Below are positions 22,533 to 32,500 of a stretch of 64,000 bases of DNA, piece after piece. The notes below the pieces were generated by a model. The model worked only from the letters and a program-made list of their open reading frames with translations. It did not search any database and was not told the DNA's origin. The stretch lies in NCBI GenBank assembly GCA_963796965.1, contig CAWCNS010000004.1:448001-512000 (forward strand), in the 5' to 3' direction. The DNA is from Calditrichia bacterium. GTDB taxonomy: Bacteria; Calditrichota; Calditrichia; JAJRVZ01. How positions within the stretch are numbered: position 1 is the first letter of the stretch; every line of letters begins with the position of its first letter. Made by a program: the position numbers and the translations under genes.

Positions 22533-23240
22533 ATGACAAATCATGATCAGTATGAAGTCAATTTTTTTAGACCTTTATCGGAGCACGCTAAAGGTAATAA
22601 AAAATTAATTTCCAGATTAGCAATAATCTGGGCAATTGCAGTATTTGGGTTTCATATTATATTAATATTTGTTACCACGCCTACAGCCGAACAAACTTTA
22701 AGTGATTTTAATTCTGTGTGGCCACAGGTTCTTGATGAAGTTTCAGCAAAAAATGAAACCAAACAAGTATTTGCAAAATCTGTGTTAATGGTTTTGGGTA
22801 AAAATATTGCTGTAAAGGATGATCACAAAGCTGTATTAAAAGAATCACTCAGCTGGGTTGTTTATAGCATGCAGGATGACGCTAACAAACCAATTTATGA
22901 AACCGAGCCAACTACTGAATCTATAAACGGCGCTGCTGCGAGTATTGGATTGGGGACGGAAGGCTTTGACAAAATAATGAAAGACCTGTTGCCGTCATCA
23001 TTAGTTAAAGTTGAGAATACCTCTTTAAGTGCAGAATCAAAAAAAGCATTACCAGAAATAATGAAACTATATTTAATTCACAATCAAAGTTTCTTGACAG
23101 ACTTTCAATTTCTCGGATTTCCCTTCCACTATTGGTATACAGCACAATTCCTGTTAATACTATTTGTTGTATTATGTTTAATCTATGCTTTAGCAATAGA
23201 TAATATTAATAAAAAATACGATTTTGTTGAAGAAACATAG
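22533..23240 (+). CDS. DUF4212-family membrane partner of the solute:sodium symporter, with a large internal insert
   Basis: N-terminal helix IIWAIAVFGFH; C-terminal FLGFPFHYWYTAQ..L..FVVL; directly upstream of the SSS gene. Confidence 0.7.
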   Translation: MTNHDQYEVNFFRPLSEHAKGNKKLISRLAIIWAIAVFGFHIILIFVTTPTAEQTLSDFNSVWPQVLDEVSAKNETKQVFAKSVLMVLGKNIAVKDDHKAVLKESLSWVVYSMQDDANKPIYETEPTTESINGAAASIGLGTEGFDKIMKDLLPSSLVKVENTSLSAESKKALPEIMKLYLIHNQSFLTDFQFLGFPFHYWYTAQFLLILFVVLCLIYALAIDNINKKYDFVEET

Positions 23241-23268
23241 AAACCACTAAATATGATCCGGAGGCATT

Positions 23269-25104
23269 GTGAATAAGATATTTAAAATAGAATATTTCAT
23301 CTCTTTTATAATACTATTTTCAGGGAACGTTTTTGCTCAATCGGGCTCTAAACTTGAAGGTGAATTCAAATTAGGTCCTGCTATAATTTTAATATTGCTG
23401 CTTTTGGTATTTATATTAGTTGGTATTTTTAACCGTGCAAAAGATACAAAAACATACTGGGCGGCAGGTAGAAAGATATCTCCGGTTGGGGCTGGAATGG
23501 CAATTGCATCTAACTGGATGAGCGCTGCTTCCTTTTTAGGAATGGCAGCGATCATGTATGGGGTTGGTTATCATGGTCTGTCCTATGTTGTTGGATGGAC
23601 AGGTGGGTATGTACTTCTTTTAATTTTAATGGCCGGTCAGATAAGACGCTATGGCAAATATACGGCAGCAGATTTTATTGGAGACAGGTATTATTCCCAG
23701 GGCTTACGAGGTGTTGGTGCCGGTTTAGCCATCTTTATTTCGTTTTCATACTGTGTCGGACAGTTCGCCGGCATCGGACTTATGTTTAAATGGATTTTAG
23801 GAATTGATTATACCACGGCAGTCATTATTGGTGCGTCTGTTGTCTTGACCTATACACTTATTTCCGGAATGCTGGGTGTTACAAAAAATATGCAAATTCA
23901 ATATGTTATAATTATAATATCCTTTGTAATCCCCCTCTTCATTTTATCTTATAAGTTTGGATACTTTTACTGGTTCCCTCAGATAGGTTACGGCGCAGTA
24001 ATTAGCGATATTGTTAATGGTATTGCTCCGGGAGCAGGTTTAACGGCGATGGGACATGATTTTGCCATTCTGCCATCGCCTGAATTTGCCATGCCATGGG
24101 ATCCGGCGACGGGCCAAACCGCCTTCCAGTGGCTGGCAATATGTTTTTCCTTAATGATTGGTACTGCCGGGTTGCCACATGTTATTCAGAGATTTTATGT
24201 GGTGCCTCGAGCGAAGGACGCCAGATGGTCGGTGGTCTGGGGGTTGTTTTTTATCTGTATCCTCTATTGGAGTGCCCCGGTATATTCCGCATTTGGGAAA
24301 GTTTTATCCTCAAACCCTGAAGTGGGAAAATTAGCCAAAGATGCCATAGTTGTCTATACAACACAATTGGGCGATCTTTATCCTCTGATCGTCGGTTTCC
24401 TGGCTGCCGGTGCAATATCAGCCGCTTTCTCAACCGTGTCCGGGTTATTAGTGGCAGGGGCTTCAGCCTTCTCTCATGATCTTTATTACAATGTGATAAA
24501 TCCTGACGCTTCTGAGAAAACGCAAATGATGATGGCAAGAGTGGGAACTATTTTAATGGCAGCTGGTGTCTCCATTATTGCTCTCATGAATTTAGGTTTG
24601 ATTGCGCAGTTAGTTGCCGTTGCTTTTTCCCTGGCTGGCTGCACAATATTCCCCCTCTTTTTATTGGGTGTCTGGTGGAGCGGGTCAAACAGAACGGGAG
24701 CATGGGCAGGACTCATAGCCGGTTCTTCCATAGCTCTTATTGCCTTAGTTTACTTTATTGCAGGTAAATTTGGCGCTTCCCTCCCTCTTCAGCAAGATAT
24801 TAACTACTATTTAAATGCCTGGTATTTTGCATGGTTAGGTGCACCACTGGCAATAATCTTTAATATTATTGGTTCCAAACTTTCGAAGAACAAAACACCT
24901 CTTGAGATCAAAAAATTCTTGGCGGAAAAAGTTCATAACTATAAAGTTAGTGAAACTAAAGAAGACCTTTTTATCAGTAAGTCTTATCAGTTTTTTCCTA
25001 TAGGAGGTGGTATATTGGACTACCATCTCCTATATTATAGTTATTTGCGTAAAAATATAAATAATTCGATTTACATTATTTCTCAAATCCCCCATGAAAA
25101 ATAA
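23269..25104 (+). CDS. actP: Cation/acetate (monocarboxylate) symporter, ActP-like SSS family; the true stop is probably near 24940
   Basis: GMAIASNWMSAASFLG, GWTGGY, RRYGKYT..DF.GDRY, MIGTAGLPHVIQRFY, AAFSTVSGLL...AFSHDLY. Confidence 0.8.
   Translation: MNKIFKIEYFISFIILFSGNVFAQSGSKLEGEFKLGPAIILILLLLVFILVGIFNRAKDTKTYWAAGRKISPVGAGMAIASNWMSAASFLGMAAIMYGVGYHGLSYVVGWTGGYVLLLILMAGQIRRYGKYTAADFIGDRYYSQGLRGVGAGLAIFISFSYCVGQFAGIGLMFKWILGIDYTTAVIIGASVVLTYTLISGMLGVTKNMQIQYVIIIISFVIPLFILSYKFGYFYWFPQIGYGAVISDIVNGIAPGAGLTAMGHDFAILPSPEFAMPWDPATGQTAFQWLAICFSLMIGTAGLPHVIQRFYVVPRAKDARWSVVWGLFFICILYWSAPVYSAFGKVLSSNPEVGKLAKDAIVVYTTQLGDLYPLIVGFLAAGAISAAFSTVSGLLVAGASAFSHDLYYNVINPDASEKTQMMMARVGTILMAAGVSIIALMNLGLIAQLVAVAFSLAGCTIFPLFLLGVWWSGSNRTGAWAGLIAGSSIALIALVYFIAGKFGASLPLQQDINYYLNAWYFAWLGAPLAIIFNIIGSKLSKNKTPLEIKKFLAEKVHNYKVSETKEDLFISKSYQFFPIGGGILDYHLLYYSYLRKNINNSIYIISQIPHEK
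24999..25034 (+). terminator. Hairpin, putative terminator of the porin-DUF4212-symporter operon
   Basis: tataggaggtggta (24999-25012) pairs with taccatctcctata (25021-25034): 14-bp stem with one G-U pair and an 8-nt loop. Confidence 0.55.
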
Positions 25105-28013
25105 AATTATAAATCGCGATTTTCTTTTAAAAATTATTCTCCCCACATTATTAGTTTTTTCCATATTTACTGTTTTAATATTCGCCGTTATTATACCATC
25201 AATTAAAAGTTACATGCTTGATGGAAAACGGGAAATGATCAGGGAATTAACATATTCAGCCTGGAGCGTACTCGACAAATTTGAAAAGGAAGTTTCAGAC
25301 AGTACCCTTTCGCTGGTGGAGGCACAAAAAGAAGCCATTACTAGTATCGAAAATATGCGCTATGGTCAGGAGAGAAAAGATTATTTTTGGATTACCGATA
25401 TGCACCCCAATATGATAGTCCATCCTTATCGAAAGGATTTGAATAATGTAGATCTTTCAAACTATAAGGATCCGACGGGAAAAAAATTATTTGTAGAATT
25501 TGTTAGAGTTGTTGAATCAAATGAAGAAGACTATGTTGACTACATGTGGCAATGGAAAGATGATTCATCTAAAATTGTTCCTAAATTATCTTTTGTGAAA
25601 GGTTTTAAAAAATGGGGTTGGGTTGTCGGCACAGGTATCTACATTGAAGATGTTAATGAAGAAATATCCTCACTTACCAACCATTTGTTCTATATTTCGC
25701 TGGGGATTTTATTAATTCTGGGATTTAATCTCTTCCTTATCAGCAGGCAAAGTCTGTTAATTGAGGGAAAACGCCATGCGGCAGAAATGGGCTTAAGAGA
25801 ATCGAGAACCAAGTATAAAGCGCTTGTTGAAGCTTCTACAGATGGATTGGTAATGCTGCTTGATGGTTATTATATCTATTCTAATCAAGCGTTGATGAAC
25901 ATGCTGGGTTATTCTGACGAGAATAATTTCCACCTGGAATTAAACACTATCCTCTGTAATTCTGATGAGGACCAAGTATCAGGCGCAGAATATTTCAAAA
26001 GCTTAGCATCGAAATCCAATCCAAAAGATCAATTTTCTGCACAGCTGAAAAAGAAAAGACGGTAGTATCATCGATGTAATCCTCTATACCTCGAAAATAT
26101 CGTTAGGACAAAAATTCGGTTATACTATTCTTGTTAAAGATATTAGTACGCATAAAAAGATTGAAGAGGAGTTAGATTTAAATAAAGAAAAATACTTAAC
26201 CCTTGCAAATAGTATCAAGATAGGAGTGTTTAGATCCATGTTCGATACTCATGGAAAAATAATTGAAGCAAACATTTCAGCAGCGCATATCCTTGGATAT
26301 ACTATGCAAGAGGAACTCCATTCTTTAAATTTATTAGATCTTTTTCATAACCGGTCAGATATAAAAAGCTTTACAAAAAAACTTATTGATGAGGGTTCTG
26401 TAAAAAACTCCATCATTCAGATAAAAATTAAAGATGGATCAACATCAATTGTATCAATTTCGGCTGTGCTGGTCAGGGGTATAAAGGATGAGCCAAAATA
26501 TTTTGATGGTACAATCGAGGACATTACAGATAAGATTAAACTTGAAGAAAAACGGGAAAATTTAATTATTGAACTTCAAACATCACTTCGTTTTTTAAAT
26601 CAACCGATTAGTCATTTCCTGTACCATCTCGTTTCATGTAATATGAACATGCCAATCCATAAGGTGGCAAAGATTATGACAAAGGAAAAGTTCAGTGCTG
26701 CATTGATAAAAACCGATGCAGATGAATTTGTTGGTATTATTACCGATCATGATCTGCGAAGAAGAGTCGTATCAGAAAACTATAATGTGGAAAGACCGAT
26801 ATTTGAAGTAATGAGCTCACCATTGATAACAATACCTTCCACATCCCTGGTATTTGAGGCTTTTTTGATGATGAATGAAACGGCGACACGTCATTTGGCT
26901 GTTAATAATCAGGAAAATAAAATTATTGGCATTATAAGCAGCGAGGAGCTTATAGCAGTACAAAAAAATTCAACAATCTATTTGCTTCGAGAGATTGAAA
27001 ACGCTGCAACAGTTGAGAATCTTATTGCTGCTCATGATAAGGTGCCAATGCTGGTTAAGGTGTTCATTGATAGTGGAGAGAAAAGCAAACTCATTTCACA
27101 TCTAATCATTTCAATCTTTGAAGCCATTACAAATAAATTAATTTCATTTGCTATCGATGATCTTGGTGAACCTCCGGTTGACTTTGCTTTTATAGCTCTT
27201 GGTAGTGTTGGTCGGCAAGAGCAAACATTAACATCAGATCAGGATAATGCGATCATCTATAAAGATGTACCTATTGAATTGGAGGAAAACACCCATGCTT
27301 ATTTTCATAAGTTAGGAATTAAAGTATGTGACTGGCTAAATGAGTGTGGGTATGCTTATTGTACGGGTGAGGCTATGGCAAAAAACCCAAAATGGTGCCA
27401 ATCAATTTCAAAATGGAAAGAGTATTTTCATACCTGGATCACGAATTCAGACCAACAGGATTTAATTGATCTGAGTATATTTTTTGATTTCAGATGTATT
27501 TATGGGAATAGTAATTTAACGGATCAACTACAAAAGAACTTATTTAAGACAGCTGAAGGACAAGCAGGATTTTTTCAACATCTTACTAAGAATAGTTTGC
27601 TTCATAAATCTCCTCTTGGATTGTTGGGGAAAATTGTTGTTGAATCCAAGGGAAAACATCAGGAGACCTTTGACATAAAATCAGCCATCATGCCAATTAG
27701 TGATTTTTGCAGAATATATTCTCTAAAGAATAAAATAAGCAGTTCTAATAGTCTGGAAAGACTTGATGGCTTGTTAGAGAAAGGAATAATTAATAAAAAG
27801 ACCTATGAAGAATTAAAACAGGCCTATAGTTATCTCATGCAGTTAAGGTTCAGACACCAATCAGGACAAATAACGGAAAATCTGACGGTTGATAATTACA
27901 TAAATCCAAATATGTTAACACAAATCGAACAGAAAACACTAAAGAATATTTTTACTCAAATTTTAAGTGTTCAAAAGAAACTAAGTTATGACTTCAGTGG
28001 GGAGGCAATTTAA
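25094..28013 (+). CDS. Membrane sensor: TM-Cache-TM-PAS-PAS-CBS-CBS-DUF294 nucleotidyltransferase-like; frameshift near 26055
   Basis: Cache_2 motif YFWITD....IVHPY..DL....DPTGK..F...YMWQ....PKLSFV...WGWVVGTGIY; PAS segments; CBS GIITDHDLRRRV; DUF294 LGSVGRQEQT..SDQDNA and IFFDFR. Removing one A in aaaaagaaaag gives LKKKDGSIIDV, in frame with ORF 26226. Confidence 0.8.
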
Positions 28014-28077
28014 TACGCTTTTGTCACCTGTTTTATGCAATCGCTCTAACCTGCTTAATCAGGCTGGGGCTTGAGTC

Positions 28078-28938
28078 TCATTTAATCTCTTCACCATTAA
28101 AATAAAAGTCGAATAAAAGTGCTGACTCATGTGCTTTTATCTCACGACATTCGCTGATAACCGGCCCCTGGTAGTGAATATGTTTCAATTTTTTTGCTAA
28201 TTTTTCCCACGGTACTTCTCCCTTTCCCACAGGCAAATGCTCATCATTGGATCCATTATTATCATGATAATGGATACAACACAATTTATCGGCAAAATTA
28301 TTTGTGTATTCAAGTACGCCCTCTCCCATATTAGCATGGCCTGTATCTAAACAAAATTTTAAATGATTAGAACTTACCCTGGAAAAAATATATTTAAAAT
28401 CTTCTATATTGTCACCTAAAAGATAATATTCTGATCCTCTGGGAATGGGTGTTAAATTTTCCAGAGCAATTATCACATTTTTATCATCACAAATGTTTAA
28501 AACTTTTTCAAGGCTGTTAATAAATCGATTCAAAGCCTTTTTTCTTTCCCATTGTTCAACTGGAAACCAGTAAAAACTTCCTACGTGTAGCGTCAGGTGT
28601 GTTGCTTTTATGATATTAGCAACTTCAATACATTTAAGTAAATAATTAATATTGGATTTTCTCAAAGGGGCTAGTATCTCAGATATATTAATATAATAGG
28701 GGATATGAAAACTAAGTTGAATATTATGTGACTTTGATAGATGACATAGGTTGTCGATTCTCTCAGTTGTAAAAGAATCCACAGATAATTTTTCCCGAGA
28801 TAAATTTATTTCTATATGATGTAAACCGCACGAGAAGGCATATTCAAACAGATCTTCCGGTTGCCGGTCATATACGTTTAGACCATATTTTTGTTTAAAA
28901 TTATATTTCACAAAACCAACATTTTTTTTGAATGTCAA
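28078..28938 (-). CDS. Sugar-phosphate isomerase/epimerase (AP endonuclease 2-type TIM barrel)
   Basis: LSFHIP, IALEN, CLDTGHAN, HYHDNNG..DEHLPVGKG.VPW, ISE metal-binding pattern. Confidence 0.8.
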   Translation of the reverse strand: MTFKKNVGFVKYNFKQKYGLNVYDRQPEDLFEYAFSCGLHHIEINLSREKLSVDSFTTERIDNLCHLSKSHNIQLSFHIPYYINISEILAPLRKSNINYLLKCIEVANIIKATHLTLHVGSFYWFPVEQWERKKALNRFINSLEKVLNICDDKNVIIALENLTPIPRGSEYYLLGDNIEDFKYIFSRVSSNHLKFCLDTGHANMGEGVLEYTNNFADKLCCIHYHDNNGSNDEHLPVGKGEVPWEKLAKKLKHIHYQGPVISECREIKAHESALLFDFYFNGEEIK

Positions 28939-29531
28939 ACTCTGTATGCATTTATCTGAATACTATCAAAATATTGCTCTAAACATTAATAAAACAGGGG
29001 GTTACAAAACCATATCATATAATACGATAATTTTTGATCAAATGATATATTTTATTTAGTAACCTGACAATATTTATATAGTTTTTATCAACAAGATGCT
29101 GAATTAGATTTTTTGTGGTGAACAATTTTATATTTCTCTGAGAATTCTAACACACGCATCTATTATATACGTGTGCGGGCATTGCTATGCATTTTTAGAT
29201 ATATCGAAACTACTATCATAAATTGACAAATATCGGTTTGTTCAATTTAAATAGTTTTACTAATTTAGAGATAACCATTTTAGTGTTGGTGTAAATTTGT
29301 AACTCGCATAAAATATAATAATTTTTATTTATTTAGATTGAGAAAGACAGAGTTCTTTGCTGGATATACTCGCTCTTTAGATATATCTGAAATCAGTTCA
29401 AAGAGTAGGAAGAAGTAAATCCCCGCTTATTTACTTTCCCCAATTTATCAAAGAGTTCATGATTTTTTTATTCCGGTAGTAATGATCACAAAGAAAAAAT
29501 AATTATATCATTTAATATTGGAGAATAAAAG

Positions 29532-31024
29532 ATGCAGAAAAAAATCTTCTACGCTACTCCTATAATTATCATAATATTTTTAGCATCCTGCTTCACCTTA
29601 CTTTTTACTGACAATGTCTATGGTCAAAAAGGTAAATCGGAACCAGGAGATCTAAAAATTACAGAAGAGGAGCTTGCCAAATTACCTGCCAAAGGTCCCT
29701 ATTTTTTTATCGATGAAAGGATTATTGAGGATCGCTGGAAAGTCGAACGATTTGTTGTACCTCTGAAAAGGTATACGGACAATCCAATTATGGTCAAGAA
29801 TTCACCTTTGGAGGGGACCGGGCCTATGGCCGGGGGTACTGTACTCTTTGATCCTGATGATAAGCTTTTAAGATGTGGTACGGCCTTTTTGATTTGAATG
29901 CGTATCAAAACGGATTACCCTATTCTTACAATATTGGCTATGCGGAATCAATGGATGGTATTTCCTGGAAAAGACCCGTATTAGGGTTATTTAATAACAG
30001 AGGAAAAACAGATTTTAACAATAACATCATTTCTCTTGGACGTCAAAAAACAGGCAGTATTGATGTGGAGTTTAATCCGGATCAGTCAGAATCAGCAAAA
30101 AAATTTGTTGCCATTCACAATGATAGTGGTGGTGTTTTTGTTTCTTATTCAGCAGATGGTAAAAAATTCGATTGTTCCTTTGATAAACCAGCGGTTTGGT
30201 ATCACAGCGATACCCATAATAATTTTATTTACGATGAAGTACGTGATCGCTGGCTGATGTATGTACGTCCACGTGCTTATGCTGGAAATGGCCTGAAACA
30301 TGTGGGACGGAGAAGAATTGCGGTAAAGCAAAGTACAGATCTGATAAACTGGACGCATGAGAAAACGGTTCTTGTGCCGGATGAAGGTGATCCTGATTAT
30401 TTCTATGGTTTACGTGTTTTCCGCCGGGGGGACTTGTTTTTTGGACAGCTCTTATTATATGAAACCATTCATCATCATCTATATCAGGAATTGGTTTGGT
30501 CTGGAGATGGAATCTCCTGGCAACGTCTACCAACAACTGCCCGAAAACTATCTCTGGATGTGGGAAAGGAAGACAGCTGGGATGCCGGGATGGTCATATT
30601 ATTTGAGAGACCTGTGCTCGTTGGAAATGAAATGCGCTTTTATTACGGTGGTCACAAGCTTCCCCATAATGCATTTGGGCCACGTGCGGTCGGATTGGCC
30701 ACAACACAACGTGATCGTCTGATTGGGGTTTCATCATTATCGGATACCTCTGGTCGTATCTTAACTCGTCCAATAAGGATAAACGGTGATTTATTTATTA
30801 ATGCAGATGCAGAAGGAGAAATTCGGGTTGAAGTTCGCTCTGCACTCCGTGATGAAACCTTGCCGGGTTGGGGCGCTGAAGAATGTACACCGTTTAAAGG
30901 TGATGATTTGGCAAAACCGGTTCAGTGGGGAAACAAAAAACTAAGCGATTTGAATGGCGAAATTGTACGTCTGAGATTTCAAATGGAAGACGCAACGCTT
31001 TATGCGTTTGATATAAGAGAGTGA
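29532..31024 (+). CDS. Secreted five-bladed beta-propeller glycosidase-like protein (GH32/43/130 clan-like), frameshift ~29870
   Basis: NPIM, MWY, YAESMDGISWKRP, STDLINW, WDAGMV, RFYYGG; C-terminal beta-sandwich INADA.GEIRVE...LRFQM...LYAF. Confidence 0.6.
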
Positions 31025-31099
31025 GTGTTTTAGTTACCAGAACCTATTCCTACTCTTAGTCAGGGCTGTAATAAGATTTGAATTTTACATTAGTGCTAC

Positions 31100-31211
31100 T
31101 TAACCGCAAAGACGCAATGGATACGCAAAGCACACAAGGTTTTATTAATTCTTTTTAAAAATTTTGTTTAGTCTTTGCGATCCTTGCGTCTTCTTGGCGT
31201 CTTTGCGTTAA
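31100..31211. repeat. Tandem-unit inverted-arm element (CGCAAAG type)
   Basis: Left aaccgcaaag-acgcaatg-gatacgcaaag-cacacaagg; right ctttgcgat-ccttgcgtctt-cttggcgt-ctttgcgtt. Confidence 0.85.
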
Positions 31212-31265
31212 GAAATTATTGAACACTTTATTCAGATTTATAATTTTAGCGGGAGGTAAATAGTA

Positions 31266-32267
31266 ATGCAAAATTATAACCGTCGGGATTTTATCAAAAC
31301 AATCGGGGCAGCATCATTAGCTGGTACAATACCGGGGATTGCCATATCAAATCCGGGTAAAAAGTATATCTGGGGGAATCTGCTACACCTCAGTTTTAAC
31401 ATGTGGGAAGATTGGGATGCACCGGGAAAAGAGATGCGCAGTTATCGTCCCTATCTTCGTTTTGATGAAAAACTATGGAACGATCTGCTGAATAGAATGG
31501 TAGCAAACAAATTAAACATGGTTGTAATTGATTTAGGTGATGGAGTGAAATATAAAAGCCATCCGGAGATAGCTGTCGAGAATGCCTGGTCGATAAAAAA
31601 ACTCCAGGACGAATTAAAAAAGATTCGTGATTTAGGAATGGAACCCATTCCCAAACTTAACTTTGCCTCCTCACATGATGCCTGGATGGGTGAATATTCC
31701 AAATGCCTTTCAACAGAAACATATTATACCGTTTGTGCAGATTTAATCGAAGAGGTTATAGATATATTTGGTAATCCCCGTTTCTTTCATCTTGGAATGG
31801 ATGAGGAAGATACCAAGAATCAAAAATATTATAAGTATATGGTTGTTCGTCAATATGACCTCTGGTGGCATGACTTTTTATTTTTATGTAAGGAAGTTCA
31901 AAAAAAGGGTGTGCGTCCATGGATTTGGTCAGACTATTTCTGGCATTTTCCGGATCGATTTATGGAAAAAATGCCAAAAGAGGTTATGCAAAGCAATTGG
32001 TATTATGGGACGAAATTTGATAATGATAAGATGGTACAGGCTTATAATAAATTAGATAAGCTAGGATATGACCAGATTCCAACGGCCAGCAACCATTCTA
32101 AGGATGAAAATTTTATACTGACTGTTGACTATTGTACCAAAAATATTCAGGAAGAACACTTGTTTGGATTTTTACAGACACCCTGGCGGCCTACTATTGA
32201 AGAATACCGTCAACACCATCTTGATGCGATCGACCTCGTTGGGGTGGCGGTTGCCGCGATGAAATAA
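31266..32267 (+). CDS. Tat-exported GH20-like TIM-barrel protein (putative N-acetylhexosaminidase-like)
   Basis: NRRDFIK Tat motif; FFHLGMDEE resembles the GH20 catalytic H.G.DE motif; PWIWSD; NWYY. Confidence 0.6.
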   Translation: MQNYNRRDFIKTIGAASLAGTIPGIAISNPGKKYIWGNLLHLSFNMWEDWDAPGKEMRSYRPYLRFDEKLWNDLLNRMVANKLNMVVIDLGDGVKYKSHPEIAVENAWSIKKLQDELKKIRDLGMEPIPKLNFASSHDAWMGEYSKCLSTETYYTVCADLIEEVIDIFGNPRFFHLGMDEEDTKNQKYYKYMVVRQYDLWWHDFLFLCKEVQKKGVRPWIWSDYFWHFPDRFMEKMPKEVMQSNWYYGTKFDNDKMVQAYNKLDKLGYDQIPTASNHSKDENFILTVDYCTKNIQEEHLFGFLQTPWRPTIEEYRQHHLDAIDLVGVAVAAMK

Positions 32268-32288
32268 TTTTTGAAAATTTACCTTAGT

Positions 32289-32444
32289 CGTCATGCTGAA
32301 CTTGTTTCAGCATCTCAATTTCATATATAATGTTATATATAGACCCTGTCCGAAGGACTAATTTAGGAGAAATAAACCTATCCTGAACTTGTAACAGCAC
32401 TCAAATTTAGGAGCGATAAAGACCTGAAAAGATTTCAGGGTGAC
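32289..32444. repeat. Cluster of (C/T)GTC-tagged REP-like palindromes
   Basis: cgtcatgctgaacttgtttcagcatctc (32289-32316); interrupted copy from 32341; degenerate copy 32379-32402; reverse copy agacctgaaaagatttcagggtgac (32420-32444). Confidence 0.8.
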
Positions 32445-32500
32445 TATCGATCTATCACATTAGAAATAAATAGTAAATACTAACATTAAAAGGATCATAA

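Noticed and set aside
29151..29437. Small hairpins in the divergent promoter region (cacacgcat/atacgtgtg; gaagtaaat/atttacttc) as an ncRNA or riboswitch
   Set aside because: The stems are short, in AT-rich DNA, with no recognisable riboswitch consensus; at most they are operators or terminators.
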